Assembly: GCA_038136655.1 (NCBI GenBank)
Contig: JAYQAE010000001.1
Span: 3,477-58,954 of the forward strand
DNA length: 55,478 bases
Direction of reading: 5' to 3'
Source: Ilumatobacteraceae bacterium
GTDB lineage: Bacteria; Actinomycetota; Acidimicrobiia; Acidimicrobiales; Ilumatobacteraceae
Positions 54,696 through 55,478 of this stretch are shown here, piece after piece (position 1 is the stretch's first letter; each line of letters begins with the position of its first letter). The notes under the pieces are model-generated. The model saw nothing but the letters and a program-made list of their open reading frames with translations. It did not search any database and was not told the origin of the DNA. Position numbers and translations under genes: made by a program.

Positions 54696-55478
54696 GCGAG
54701 GTGTCACCGTCGGTATCCGCATCGGCGGCGGGGCCGACCCCACTGGCTGGTGTGTCCGAGGTGGAATGGAGCGAGCTCGTTGAACTGGGTCGGGCGAGCG
54801 GATCGATACAAGCCGACCGGATCGCGCACGTCTTCCGCGAGGTGGAGCTCAACGAGGACAACCTCGGGGTGATCACGGGGGCGCTCGCGGCGCTCGGCAT
54901 CGAGATCGATGAGCGCGTCGATCACGATGACACTCCGTCGGGCGGGGTCGAGCCCGACGACGAACGTCTTCTTGACCGGCGCAGAACAAGTCGCCGCAGT
55001 CGACGCGGTCGCGGCGAGGAAGGCGGGGGTGACAGCGTTCGGATGTATCTCCGCGATATCGGACGCGTCGATCTGCTGACGGTCGAGGAGGAGCGTCGGC
55101 TCGCCCAACTGGTAGAGCAGGGAGCCGCGGCTGCCGCGTCGATCGATGCCGGAGTCGACGACCCAGCGGAGGTCCGTCGGCTGACCCGTCAGGTGACCAT
55201 GGGGGAGCGGGCGCGGAGTGAGCTCACCCAGGCCAACTTGCGCCTGGTGGTGAGCATCGCCAAGCGGTACTCGAACCGCGGTGTGCAACTGCTCGATCTC
55301 GTGCAGGAAGGCAACCTCGGGCTGATGCGCGCGGTCGAGAAGTTCGACCACACCAAGGGTTTCAAGTTCTCCACCTACGCGACCTGGTGGATCCGCCAGG
55401 CCATCACCCGGTGCATCGCTGACCAGGCCCGCACCATCCGCATACCGGTGCACATGGTGGAGCACATCAACCGCCTGA
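54692..55478 (+). CDS. sigA: Primary sigma-70 factor (RpoD/SigA), 5' part; continues beyond the window
   Basis: Not in the ORF track because no stop lies within the window. GTG 54692 overlaps the dnaG TGA (GTGA). Region 1.2 [15 protein letters not shown]. Region 2 [11 protein letters not shown]...[37 protein letters not shown]...[12 protein letters not shown]. Confidence 0.93.
   Translation, partial: MSEVSPSVSASAAGPTPLAGVSEVEWSELVELGRASGSIQADRIAHVFREVELNEDNLGVITGALAALGIEIDERVDHDDTPSGGVEPDDERLLDRRRTSRRSRRGRGEEGGGDSVRMYLRDIGRVDLLTVEEERRLAQLVEQGAAAAASIDAGVDDPAEVRRLTRQVTMGERARSELTQANLRLVVSIAKRYSNRGVQLLDLVQEGNLGLMRAVEKFDHTKGFKFSTYATWWIRQAITRCIADQARTIRIPVHMVEHINRL

Noticed and set aside
17799-55465. 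Other long antisense ORFs: 17799-19025, 25591-26853, 32777-34150, 38816-39949, 39989-41263, 41288-42469, 50080-51957, 54704-55465 (all minus strand)
   Set aside because: Each lies entirely opposite a strongly supported gene (ftsI, murC, ileS, dnaE, ppdK, sigA). They have Arg/Gly/His/Asp-rich, motif-free translations. Stop codons are simply rare in the antisense frames of GC-rich coding DNA.

Overview
This is a densely coding core-chromosome window from a high-G+C, Actinomycetota-type genome. Supporting markers are SepF without FtsA, an MtrAB-type operon, Bpa and DUF3040. A class-level guess such as Acidimicrobiia would be inference only. I support 53 CDS (two truncated at the window edges) and saw no rRNA, tRNA, CRISPR array, transposase or integrase.

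The centre is a complete division/cell-wall (dcw) cluster at 15.3-31.1 kb: mraZ-rsmH-ftsL-ftsI-murE-mraY-murD-ftsW-murG-murC-murB-ftsQ-ftsZ-yggS-sepF. It is followed by ileS, a Lys-rich histone-like/DksA-like fusion gene, lspA and rluD.

The left flank carries ROK kinases, an aminotransferase, glpK, pfkA, a five-gene mtrAB operon, dinB, an acyl-CoA dehydrogenase and an HNH protein. The right flank carries an Rrf2 regulator, an AlkP-family protein, bpa, dnaE, yyaL, a GroES-like paralog, hisI-trpE-ygfZ, an M50 protease, ppdK, an AIM24-family protein and dnaG overlapping sigA.

I found no mobile, defence or accessory island, and no obvious new multi-gene system. The items worth a second look are protein-level and regulatory:
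- a Cpn10-like protein with a proteasome-docking-type C-terminal Leu-Tyr-Leu tail, in the same window as Bpa;
- a reversed-order, cysteine-free histone/DksA fusion;
- a recurrent TANNNT hexamer 6-8 nt upstream of 15 start codons, implying leaderless transcripts;
- a phased-repeat MraZ-type operator on the dcw promoter;
- a short uORF ending in ATGA on the ftsZ start codon;
- a dcw cluster lacking murF, yggT and divIVA;
- a minimal LpqB-like lipoprotein.

The many long antisense ORFs in the track are high-GC shadow frames.
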